DNA of 64,000 nucleotides from Lingula anatina (lineage: Eukaryota; Animalia; Brachiopoda), in assembly GCA_051362555.1 (NCBI GenBank), contig CM120641.1, forward strand, positions 7,502,001-7,566,000, written 5' to 3'. Positions 50,458-62,500 of this stretch are shown one piece after another. The notes beneath the pieces are model-generated. The model searched no databases, had not been told where the DNA came from, and saw nothing but the letters and a program-made list of their open reading frames with translations. Every line of letters begins with the position of its first letter. The stretch's first letter is position 1. The position numbers and the translations under genes are program-made.

Positions 50458-53400
50458 TCACTCATACCCGCTGAAATGAAAATGATAGAAAAATAAAACA
50501 AATAATAAATTTGTATACTTATTAAGTCATTTAGCATCTGTTAAAAAATAAAACGAGTTACAGCTTTATGGGAATCAGTAGGTGCCATCTAAATTGCCAT
50601 TAAGAAAATACAAGCAAAATAATACGGCCTTCAGTACAGAAATTAAATAAAAATAATATATCAATAATGAGTGAACAATGTCGACTGAACATGCAAACAC
50701 ATCTAGAAACAATAATTTGCTATACATACAAGCATGTGTTGTTTCTATTTTACTCATCGAAAAATCTATGGATGGTTAGGAAGAAGAAATAAAAGACAGA
50801 GGTAACAAGGAAAAGTAAAAAGATGAACATGTGATTGAAAGTTGTAAACTGTTAGTCAGAAAAGTGATGGCAAGAAGAAACTAGTCAGAGATGGGTAGTA
50901 AGACTACGAACAAAAGACTGTCCAATTAATCAAGTAACATACAAAAATATTAATCAAAATAATTACTTGATGAAAGTATTAGAAGAAGGCGAAGTTATAA
51001 TAGAGAAACTTGATAAGTACTACATATATTCAGTCAATAGTTTTGTGAGCATCCAATAGGTTATATACAAGTGACCCTTGGATCTTTGTGTTAAGTATGA
51101 GTTACGTTACTGTGACTTACCCAACCCTTTCTGCTATATCCCAATTTGTTGCACTGTTTAGAGGTCCTTCTATTCTGGCTCCATCTTTTGTCACAATAGC
51201 GATTTGGTACTGAAAGTTAAAAACAAGCATTTAACCCTTTACCAATTACTTTTTATACTGACTGCAACATCTGTAACATCAACATTATAAATAGATGAAT
51301 GCTCAAATTTCCTTGTTTTTAACATAACTATTCACAGCAACCAAGTTTATTTGAAAACAATCTGAAGCATACACTAATGAAAGCAATATATGACTCAGTC
51401 CTCACCTTATTTAGTGACCTGGCATCCCTGTAGTGAAGAACTGTGAGACACTGATCTATAAGTTCTTTTGCTTGCTGCTCTGTGAGATTTGGTTGTTTCT
51501 CTAATGCATTCCTAAGAATTGGCTACAAAAGAGAGTGAAAATTATTTTACACTCTAAAAACTGCAAGTTTTTGTTAAAGGCATAATAACTCTTTGTATGA
51601 GACCTATATTTCACAATAAAAACCTTGTGAATAACTCATAGAAATATAATATATTCTGTTTTACCACAAAAACAGCAGTTATAGCTTTTATTCTGATATT
51701 TGAACTTGTCTTTAGACCACGTGACCTCCATTGATGTCTATACTCTGTTAAAATCTCTTAAGAGATTTTAACAAAAAACCAAACTTTTTAGAAAAAAACC
51801 AGGGACTAACTTTGAATGTAAAAATGGATTCATTAACCATTGGTAAGTATGGGAAAATTGTTGTTTACTCCAGGAAAATTCATTTTTTGGCCGAAACGAA
51901 GAGTTATTATTGCTTTAACAATTTTAACTAAGTGTAAATGTGTCTTTTTTTTGTCTGTATGCAAACAAGAATGTGAAATGTGTTGAAACTTACCTGAGCA
52001 ATGTAGGCTCCATAACCAGAACATACACTTGGAGCTTTGAAAGCTGTTCCTATCTTGTCTACGTAACCAAGAAACCTGTCAATATAAAATCCACATGCCA
52101 TGTTTTTCTAATAGTCACAAATGATATACTTTATTAGATTTATAAATATGACATTGAAAATATTATCTACAATAACAATAGATATTCTAACTTCCAATCT
52201 TAGTGAAGCATAATCATGTTTGTCAAAGGTAAAGCATAACTTATCATGACTGTAAAATATGAAAAATATTCAGTTAATTTTCATCAGTTTGATTTAAAGC
52301 TGCCTTAACATCCCATTGGCCAAAAACTCAAAGTTCACATCCAGAGAGATTACAGATGATTCAAAGGTTTAAGTTTGAGGGTAAAAAATAAAGGTAAATG
52401 GTCATGAAAACAATGCCAACAACACAAGCCAAATGATAAGTTAAATAACATTGTAGAATAAATAAGGTCATTTAATCATATGCATATAATAAACAACTGG
52501 TGTGCAGAATAAAATAAGTGTGTCATAATCTACAGTGTTCAGAATACTTACGGTTCTCCATCCTGTAGCCCACCAACAACTATAGTGTTCCACAATGGGT
52601 TAAAACGAGATCTTCTGTTGTACATTATTCTTGTCAACCAGGAGAACAGAGATTTGGGAGTGTACTGGAATCCGTCATTCATACACTCCTCATCAATTCT
52701 GAATTTAACATGAATAAGAAAAATAAGAAACACTCATCTTTTCAGTACAATATATTTGTACTGTGTAAATTAAAATCTGTTAGGTACTGTTGAAAATGCA
52801 CTTACGTCATTTTCAATTTGCTGCAGGTAAAAACTTGTACCAAAAATATGCCTAACAAAATATTTCCTTTCACTTAAATATTCACGACGAATGCTAATAT
52901 CAATGACAACACATGCTCAAGCTTGCACTAGAAAAGAAATCATAATAAACTAAATGCAACTTTAACTTACACTCTCTGTTCTATCACAGATTTAATATAT
53001 TGGAAATCTGCATAATCCCCACCAGCCCCCATCACTGTGCTGTCATTAACTTTCATCAATCTAGGACAGTGCATGAACCTTGCCAAAGATCCGTACGAAC
53101 CAAGCATGTCAGCAGCCAGGATGATACCACCATCAAATTTTACTCCAAGAACTGAAGTTCCTGTTACCATTGGACTCCTGAAAAGCAAAATAAAAGGCAT
53201 GGATATAATCCCGAGAGAAATTTAATATCAAAGTTCAGTGTTTAAGCAGTGAAAGGATGAACAAAGTTTTATGCAGTAGTACTCCTATTTTTAAAGGTTT
53301 CTGATGAGACTGGCACATACAGCACATATCAGCCCAACCTGTAGGTCTAACAAAATATAACTAGGCACCACTTCTTTCTGAGATCGTCTACTAGCCTAAG

Positions 53401-53813
53401 TAGCCCTATTCCCCCCCCCCCCCCAATTAGGTTTTAACACTCATGTCTGACAAAATTTAAGAACCCTTAAATCACACAGTGAAAAAAGTGTAGTGTGACA
53501 GTTATGTTCATTTGCCTTAAAAACCTCTTTGTTAGTTTGAAGGTGAAATATTAATTCAACAACACCTGTCTTCCAGTGCAGTGCCCCAGCAACGACGGCC
53601 CCCAAACAATGCTGATTCATGATGCTAAAACGCCAGAGTTAACAAAAATGCCTCAAACGCCTTAAAAGAGCAAGAATAAAATACTTACAAAGTCTTTTTG
53701 ATTGGCCCCATCTTTGTCGATGTTCCTTGACCGGGAAAATTGTACAAACCTCCAGGTGTAGGACCGTTTCTCCAAAATTCCAGTGACATATCGGTTTCCG
53801 TGGGCAGCGCCAT
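50458..53813 (-). CDS. PSMB4: Proteasome subunit beta type-4 (beta7), ~259 aa
   Basis: Exons 53689-53813, 52971-53177, 52552-52698, 51994-52075, 51406-51522, 51121-51209, 50458-50470 (780 nt). Motifs [59 protein letters not shown]. Confidence 0.96.
51578..51914 (-). mobile_element. Kolobok/T2-like MITE, copy 3 (PSMB4 intron)
   Basis: TTAA-flanked, closely homologous to the 10245 copy in reverse orientation. Confidence 0.85.
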
Positions 53814-54308
53814 TTTGTTTCCTATATTTACCTTTTTCCCACGATTTCGTGAATATATTACAAAAACTAAATAACATGACATAATAATCAATAGTAACAA
53901 AAATTTAACTTAATAGACGAAATTTTAAAAATTAAATCTTTATTATGTAAGTACTGGAAATTAAACAGGTTCTAGCCTATATAAACTAGGGTAAACAACG
54001 TATAAAAGTTAACAACGCTGAAAGTTGCGAATAATTAACTTCATTTGATATTTTCACGATACTTTTTTTTTGTAAGATTTGTGCAAAAGAGGAAATTGGT
54101 CTTTGTGAAATTAATTGCACGAAAAGCTTTATTATTCCTTTCCGCCTTCTTGTCAGAGTAGTCTTGATTTCTTATTTAACATAAGCACATGACTTCCGTG
54201 TTTTGGTTGGAGGCAAGCTGAAGTACCAAATACATTAAGCAAGGGCTTTCATGTGTCCCATTTCAGTATGTGTTAACTGACAAAAGAAAGGGTGAATTAA
54301 AACCAATA

Positions 54309-55878
54309 ATGGGGACGCAAACAGAGACAACTGGAGAGACTAAGCATGTTTTGGAAGACACAAAAAGTATGTTAAATCATCTTCATAAGAAAGATAAAAT
54401 GGTTTTTACGCTTAGTTGCAGATTCTTACAGTATGTCATGTGTTATATTACTTCAGTGATATTATCTCAGTGATTTCCCATTCCTGTATAAAAGCCTTGT
54501 CGCTTTTGCATTAATGTTTGACATGCATGTGTGCAACATATTACTTACTAAAATATGTTATAAAATGATACTTCCTAGTACCGTATAGCATATCATTGAA
54601 TACCACGAAATTTCATGCGTTAGCACTCCTATTGACGATTCTGGTATGTACTGTCTGTACATATCAGAATCGTCAATAGGAGTGCTAACACATGAATTTT
54701 CGTGTTATTCATTGAAGTAATTTAACTTACAAAACTTATTCTTGCTTGTGTGTGGGTCTTTTACTGATATGCACTTTTAATTTAATTGACTTCTGTGATC
54801 ATTCAAACTTATGGTATGTTACATTTGCTATTATACTTTATTCCAGATTGTCTGCCAGCACCAAGCAAGGAAACTATAGAAAAAATTACACAAGGTTTTC
54901 TTCAACATTACTTGCCTGATGCACAAAAGGCAAAAGCATCATTGGATGAATTAACGTAAGTTTTTAAAAAATGATTATGTAAAATTGTACTTCATCATGC
55001 TTGTAAATGTACACACTATCAATATTATAGACATTTCACAAGTTTTTTATATGTATATGTATATTTTGTTTTAAGAAATATTGAGATGAATATCATATAT
55101 GAGATTTTCTGTAATTTGGAAATTTCTAATTATAAATTTATCCCTTTCAGACAAAACCAAAGAATTTTGTTAGAAACAGTGCAACATGAAAATACCAAAT
55201 TTTCAGAATGTGAAGCAATGAAAAAACTAACTGACATGGTAAAATTTTTATTTAATTTTATTTATACAGTGTGATAGATTTATATATGCAAAAACCTGTT
55301 TTTGACACATATCGCAAAAAAAAAAAAAAAAAGTAAAACAAGTAAACTGTAAAAACAGACATTCTGGGTACAAGTATTCAAGGAAGACAACTTACACATG
55401 AATAATCTTCTTTTTTCCAGATGATTAAAGCAAAGCAATATCATACAAAACTCCTCATAATAAAAAAAGAAATGGCATCATTACATGAAAGATCTGCTAA
55501 ACTAAAGGTATGAAAAAAAAATGCCAAGGATTTGCTGTTTATTCCATACACATGTTGGTATACAGTGTCACTTTTCTCTTTTGAATTTTCAGTCTATTAT
55601 CTGAGCATGTGTGTTGTATGTATAGAGTAAATATAAAGAGATAATTTTCAGTGTTTTTTTTTTTTTCAGTAGTTTTTTTTTTTTTCAAATTAGGAAATCT
55701 ACTGTTTGTTTTTCATTTCTAGAGAAGAGCATTAAAATTGCAGCAGCAGAAACAGAAGGAAGCGCTTCAAAGGGAACAAGAAAAAGAGAAGGAAATGGAG
55801 AGAGAGAGACATTTAATGGCCAAACCCGTGTTGAGACAATCTTCCAACCCAGAGGAAAAACGTAGTTATGTGACTTGA
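54309..55878 (+). CDS. BLOC1S6: BLOC-1 subunit 6 (pallidin), ~165 aa
   Basis: Exons 54309-54366, 54847-54955, 55151-55238, 55421-55507, 55723-55878 (498 nt, in phase). Translation GFLQHYLPDAQKAKASLDELTQNQRILLETVQHENTKFSEC...AKQYHTKLLIIKKEMASLHERSAKLKRRALKLQQQKQKE matches pallidin. Not captured as a unit in the ORF track. Confidence 0.9.
54597..54711. repeat. Near-perfect hairpin (55-bp arms, 5-nt loop) in BLOC1S6 intron 1
   Basis: Arms 54597-54651 and 54657-54711 are reverse complements with 4 differences. Confidence 0.9.
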
Positions 55879-56716
55879 ATTTTGTTAGAAAACTTGTGCT
55901 GCTTTCATACAGATTTACAGTTCATTATATTTTGAATTTTAAATGCAAAATCAGCACCCTGAGTGTCAGTGTTAACTGAAAATTAAGCTCTATTATTAGC
56001 ATGCCTCTAGTAGTTTTCAATAAACTATGAAACTCATTGTGGTCACCAGATGACCAAACTCTCCTAAGGTTACGGACAGAGTTAGACAAAAATTCTAGAA
56101 TTACTGCCTTTCATACATGTTTTGGATAATAGACAAATCTTCAGTGTTTACTGACTAAGTTCCTTTGCATTTACACAAGTCAGCCAAACTCAATTTGGAG
56201 GTGCAAATGAGGTCACAGGCATGCTCTTAAAAATATTTAGTGCACAGATTGCCAACTATGTTTGATTATTTAAGGGTCCCACATGAAAAAGTTTGTATCA
56301 AAGTTTCACTCTCCTGGAACCATGAATAATAAAAAAATAATTCATTGTCTAGCCTCAAAAAAGGAACATACATTACAGTCACAAATGCAAAATGTCAAGC
56401 TGTGAAACGTTTTACTCACTCTGAAAATTCAGTAATCACTGGTTTTGCTCTTTATCTCCAAAAAGTATAAAATTGAAAAAAAATTGATAATCTTCTGCAT
56501 AGAGGCGTTAATTGTTTTGGAACAACTTTAGTTTGCTTGTCAATGAATATTTAAAAAAACGAGGAAAATACACCCTACCGACAGTAAAATAAGAATTAAA
56601 TAAATGATTTTCCATTCATGGTCCAAATATTGTATCAGAAGTGTCAAACTATCATGGAATCACAATATAAATTTTCAGTCAGCAACAGAAAGCCCTATTT
56701 CCTATTGCACCAACTT

Positions 56717-56750
56717 GGGTAACAAGTACAAGTACTTGTACTTGTTACCC
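56717..56750. repeat. Perfect 34-bp palindrome
   Basis: gggtaacaagtacaagt|acttgtacttgttaccc. Confidence 0.9.
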
Positions 56751-58789
56751 CAGTTAACACTGAACAAGTACTTGGGAAAGATGAAACTTTCTGACAATTT
56801 TTCTGGGGAACATACATTACATAGTACTAGTCATGACGCAAAGCCCCTTGAGTTACAGTTTAAATATTTATAAAAATATCCTTATGTCATGTATAATTTA
56901 CCATGAGTGAATCACTACAAAAAATATGGAACGCAATCTAAAAATTAAAATTAAATGTCCCAGAGCATATGCTACTGGAACATATGTTACCATTTAGGAC
57001 TCCTTACATAATGTAAAGACATGGTAAAAATTGAAAATTAAATTAAAATTAAGACAGTCGTGTTTTTTGTTTTATACACACATTTTAAAAAATTGAATAC
57101 ATCTTTGAATTCATTCAATTTTATATTTTGGACACTTCAGCATATGAAATGCACCTTGTGGGTTTGGGTAAAATGTCATTTTACCAATGGTGTCATAATT
57201 GCTTAACAAGGCAAAATAATGCCTTTGTTCAATATTGCATTATTCCCAGTAATAAGGGGCTCATAATATGACAAAACACTAAAAACAAGCTGATGGTACA
57301 GGATCAAACCCATAAACCTCATTTTTGGTATGTTGATGATCATAAACCCTGTCAGTAATCTTAAAAGAACACTGGGATCTCTGTCATGGTGACATTTAGT
57401 GCCATGTTTAAAACCCAAAGGAGTTTGAATGTAAAATCCTTTAAACACCTATTTACATTTTACATAGAGTAACAACTTGAAAGGGAATGAATCATTGAAA
57501 TTTATACTATGGTGCTATCAAAGATAAAATTAATTCTAGATGTGTAAATATGTATCTTGCAGTGAAAAATTTTGTAAAAATTTCCAAACAAGGTGCGCTA
57601 TGACTATTTTCAGGTAAAATGCCTGTGTTTAGATTACAGTTGATATTTAAGGTATTTTTGTTTGACAGATAAAAGAAAATTGTGGGTTAATGATAGGAGT
57701 GAGATACATGTTATGGGATTTTTTTTGTCAATTTTAAAAGTTTTTAAATAGTTAATTTTGTTGTCAATATGAGAATTTAGGTGTTGGTCATAACATGCAT
57801 TTAGTAAGCATGAGTAATGATGAAATATAACTTGTAAAAGGGCAGCATAAAATTTTGGCAGCTCTTATTTTCATTAGTTTACTGAATTGTGATGATTAGG
57901 AAATTTTTCAACAGTGCTGAAAAAAGTATGTATGCATTTTATCTGAAGAGCTGAATATTTATAAACTTAGTCCCAGCAAGGCTCTGACTTTCAGTTATTT
58001 AAGTTGCTGCATTTCTAATACATCTGTATGACATTTCTGATAATCTTGTTATGTTAACTGTTTTTATTATAGGTTATTTTTTTCTTGACAAAATACAATG
58101 AGCAATGATCATAAGGGACCAGAAAGCTTCACACAAAATACAGACAAAATGCGACAACGGTGTAAGTAACTTCAACAGTTTGATAGTTTGATTATATGTT
58201 TTATATATAATTATATTCTTTCGTCTATTGTTTTAGTACATGTACTACAAATTACTTTTAATTGTTATTTGTTCAATAATGCACTTTTCATATGGCCCAA
58301 GGGTGATTTAAATTTCAGTATATATTTAAGCAATTATTATGATTGTTATTATTATTATTGCTGTTGTTCTGTAGAGATTACCACATATTTCATATATTAA
58401 GGCTACACTGATGGTTGTGCAACTATTCACTTTAATATTAAAAAAGAAATGTAAATAAATCTATTACTCTCTTAAACAAAATGTGTTTTGGTGAATTTAT
58501 TAAAGCCTGCATGGTGATGAAGATAATTTGTCTTCGGCTCTTGAGTATATTTAAAACCTAAAGAAAATCATACAATCTATTTTCTATTGTTCAGTTAGTG
58601 GTACTGGCAGGAAACTTACATGTACACTGTTACACTAGTCGTTGAATGTGTTTTGATTATGAATAATCGCCCTGCGATTGCCTTACTTTGAAAACATTTT
58701 TTATTTACATAATTAACTTTATTACTAAGTCTAGATCTATACTTTAATTTTCTTTCTTTTTTTTTGTCCTGTTGAGTATTGTTTAATTG

Positions 58790-58840
58790 TGACGTCAGCC
58801 CCATATAATTACAACCACGTGATCTTTCCTTGTGACGTCA
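58790..58840 (+). promoter_or_regulatory. CRE - E-box - CRE cluster upstream of the orphan gene
   Basis: TGACGTCA at 58790-58797 and 58833-58840, CACGTG at 58816-58821, 70-120 bp before the ATG at 58913. Confidence 0.55.
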
Positions 58841-58912
58841 TTGATATCATAGATACAATGATAATGTAGACATGCGTGTATTCACGATGTTGGTTAAAAA
58901 ATCGCACGAAAT

Positions 58913-59510
58913 ATGCCATCCTGGCTAAGAAGAGCCTGGAATAGAATCAATTGTTGTTCTTCGGGATCAACCGAAGTAATTGAAAGTAGCAGACCAAACT
59001 CCGTCAGAGAAAACGATGAAATTCGTAAGACGTAAGTACGGTCTTCGTTAGCGCCATCTGAATACTGGAAATCTGGGGAAGGGTATTTAGGCTCTGATGT
59101 TGCCGTTCGTTATACCTATAGTTCTCGAAAGGAAATTATCCTACATGTGTAATAGTTTTAAGTACACTTGTTTGGTTTATTTTAAAAAATCCTCAACCAT
59201 TGATCCAGATCCGAATTATGCGACTCTAATCACATCCTACTTAGAATTAGATATAGGCACGATTTCTCTCACAATTTATAACAAGTTGATCGTGGCAATA
59301 TTGCATCAAAGAAGAAAAGATGTGTTCTTTGTTTTTTAAGCAAGGGCAAACATTAAGGATTAATAATAGATGTAACCGTGGTTGGTTACCAATTTTGAAC
59401 GGTGACTTGAATAAACGCAGCAACCAGCATGAAGTTTCTAGTACTCTTTATTCCTCATGCATGGACTACAGTCTGGCACGCAGGCAGGAACAGTCTTGAC
59501 GATCTCCCAG

Positions 59511-59548
<38 letters not shown>

Positions 59549-62500
59549 ACGTCCAGTTTTCATAGGGAATCATACTGATTCCTGTACGCCATAAATCTAT
59601 TAGTAAGCGTACATATATCTGTCTGACTTAAAAGGAAGATCAATAAAACTAAAAACTGGGATTACATTATTTTTTATAGTTGCCCTAAACATTGATATAT
59701 TCTCCGGGTAGGAAGGTTACATAACGCTCGGATCTGGGACTGGCTTTAACAAAATTATATCAGGTGTGGTGACTGGATGAATTGTATGAGGGTAGGGAAT
59801 ACCCCCCCCCCTTAAATTACCAGTCACCAAGATTAAAAAGCTCAATCACTAAGATATATTCAAGCCAATCACCAATCACCAAGAATTCCTGAATCACGTT
59901 TCACGCAAAATATTGGGCTCAAATAACGAATCACGCTCGAAAAATAAGGCCAATCACGCGGAACGCAAAAGGTATTCCCTACCCTCTTGTATAACACTAC
60001 CGGGTTATATGGACATATATATCGAAAAAATTACAACACTTTTCACTTAACCACCTAGGTATGCCATATCCAAAATCAAAACCTTTAAACCTGCCAATGA
60101 ACTTATTTCTGAGTTATTCTCGTACTTAAAATGGAAATTGAGATCAACAGGTGCTAATTCGTATGTTAAGAATCACCTTTATTTTCAAGCGTTTACATTT
60201 TTTCCAAAATGTTATGTATTTTCACAGGTTTCCATCAGTAGATTCTCATACTATTGGAGTCCTCCATGGACAAATACCATCCGCTGTAGCAAGAAAAGAA
60301 TTACAACAGAGACAAGACCCTGACGAAGAAGCTGACCCGCCGAATAAAACTTATGAAACACCTGGACATGAACCAACTCCCCAAATCATAGATACCTCAA
60401 CTGCGGATGTTATAGAGAGTGCAGGCCAAGAAAAGCTGCACTTTAAATTTGACCAAAAATCAATCGCTGGATCAAATGGCAATCAAGTGGAAGGAGGTCA
60501 CGTGGATAATTTTCCAACTAAAGAATGTTCCACTGAGGCAAAATTGCTTTCCATCGGCGCCTCTGAGGACATTTCTTCTGGTGAAGAGGACAGCTGCAGA
60601 TCCGAGATGTCTCTCTTGTCAACAGCTTCTGAGATATGTGAAACGAGTTCTAGCAGTGACAGCAGCTCAGAATCAGAAGAGAGCGAGTCCCTTACAACAG
60701 TTTCTATGCTGTCATTACCAATCCCTGACGCAAGCGACAATAAGGCCCTTTTTGGACAAACGGACTCTTTCCACGCAGACGAAATGGGTGAGATAACAAC
60801 CACCGTTTTGACAAGCACTTCAAAGGTAACACTGTCTGCATTCAGTGGATTGGAAGACACTTTCATGACGAACGGCAAGCTTGAGGAACAGATACCAGCC
60901 CTTCACCAAAGCACCACGGATGATTCGTTAGTTTCTTTGTCGTCCTCCGCGTCCACCACCACTGTAGACGGGTCCAACAGCGCCGCAAGCTACAGCAGTT
61001 CATTCGATAGCATTTCTGAGAGATCACTCCAAACACCTGGAATTTCCTTCTCTGCTGTCACCCTAGAAACGCCTCAGACATGTGAAAAAGAGCCAGTCGC
61101 TGGACCTAGTGAAACCTCGGTTGCAGAGGAAATAGGAAGTCATACATCTCTGCATAGGGAGTCACTCTCAACAACCACCCTTTGTGGGTCTGAATATGCA
61201 CCGCGGCCAAACAGTAATTCCAGTGACAGCAGCATCCCAGAGGATTTCGAGCCATTTAGCTGTCTGTCTGAGGTGTCTCTCTCGTCAACTCCCTACGGTC
61301 TCAAGAGTCCCTCTGATATAAAACCAGTTATTGGATATAGCACAAGTGAACACTCTATCATGGAAGAGATTGTTGGAGCAATTGAGGAACTCGCAGAGGC
61401 CGTGTCCACTATGGCATCTAAGGACCTGGGATCAGACAGCGAAGAAAGCATCCCAGAAGACCTGGCTGCCTTCAGTTGTCTGAGCGCGATGTCAAACCCC
61501 AAAGACGCAGCAGGTCCTAGGCCGGACATTGAGTATAGCACAAGTGAACACTCCATAATGGAGGAGATATTTGGAGAGTATGAGAAACCCATAACATATA
61601 AGGAGTCACTGTCGCCTGATCCAGTCACAAATGGGCGGAGATCCAAACAGTCCACCACCTCTGGAAAAGTCCTCGCTAATTTCAGCTGTTTGTCCGAGGT
61701 CTCTCTCTGCTCAAATGACGCTGACCCATCCGATAAGAGACCGGGTATCACATATAGCATAAGCGAATATTCCATTATGGAAGACATTGTTGGAGTAAGT
61801 GAAAAGAACAGAGACTCAGTGTCGTCTGATTCAATCAAAGCTGAACGGGGCTCCAACAGCGATGTAAATGACATCTCCGACGTTACGTACAGCATAAGTG
61901 AAACCTCTATATTAGAAGAAATTGTAAGAGTGGTTGAAAACTCCGAAGATGCAGTATCCAATGCAGCATTTAATATGGATCAACAATTACAGGGCAAATT
62001 AAGCCCCGATGAGACAAATTCTTTGTCGAGTGTTTCTGTAATGATTCCAACGCCATCTCCATCTAATCTCCAACAGAAACAAGGATCTGCAACATCTAAA
62101 AATTCAAGGTATATGTTTCTCCCCTTTTTCTTTTTATACTTTTTTATTACTTAAAAAAAGGAAACTGAATAATGGTGTGATAAGTTAATATTTTTACATT
62201 ATGGTACATGTATATCGATGAAAACAGCGTTTTTTTATTTTTGATAATAACATAAATACTGATATATTCTGATTTTTGATATTGCACATTATTATGAAAG
62301 GTTATACCTATATATTTTAAAAGCAAGTTAAAGGGGTAACAACTGTTCATTTTGGGGAAAAAACGGATTTTCCTAGGTTAAAGGACGATCTTCCAATCCT
62401 TATAAATGGTTAACATTCAAACATTCAGATATATTGCATTTTTTATTCTAAAATCTCTGGGTTTGGGTTTCTTAATAGATATTAGGGGGTAGATGGGCCA

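Noticed and set aside
50458-50470. 13-nt terminal coding exon of PSMB4 as a novelty
   Set aside because: It simply supplies the expected conserved G-[YF]-E C-terminus and is followed by 3'UTR.
59016-59031. Short first exon MKFVR for the orphan gene
   Set aside because: It is phase 1 and incompatible with the phase-2 acceptor at 60228; the ATG at 58913 fits.
60151-60227. N-terminal extension of the 667-aa ORF
   Set aside because: This is intronic polypyrimidine sequence before the acceptor at 60227; exon 58913-59031 gives a phase-compatible start.
61293-61961. 222-aa minus-strand ORF (also 60498-60878, 46462-46833, 48013-48393)
   Set aside because: Antisense shadows of long Ser-rich + strand exons, with no independent splice or homology support.
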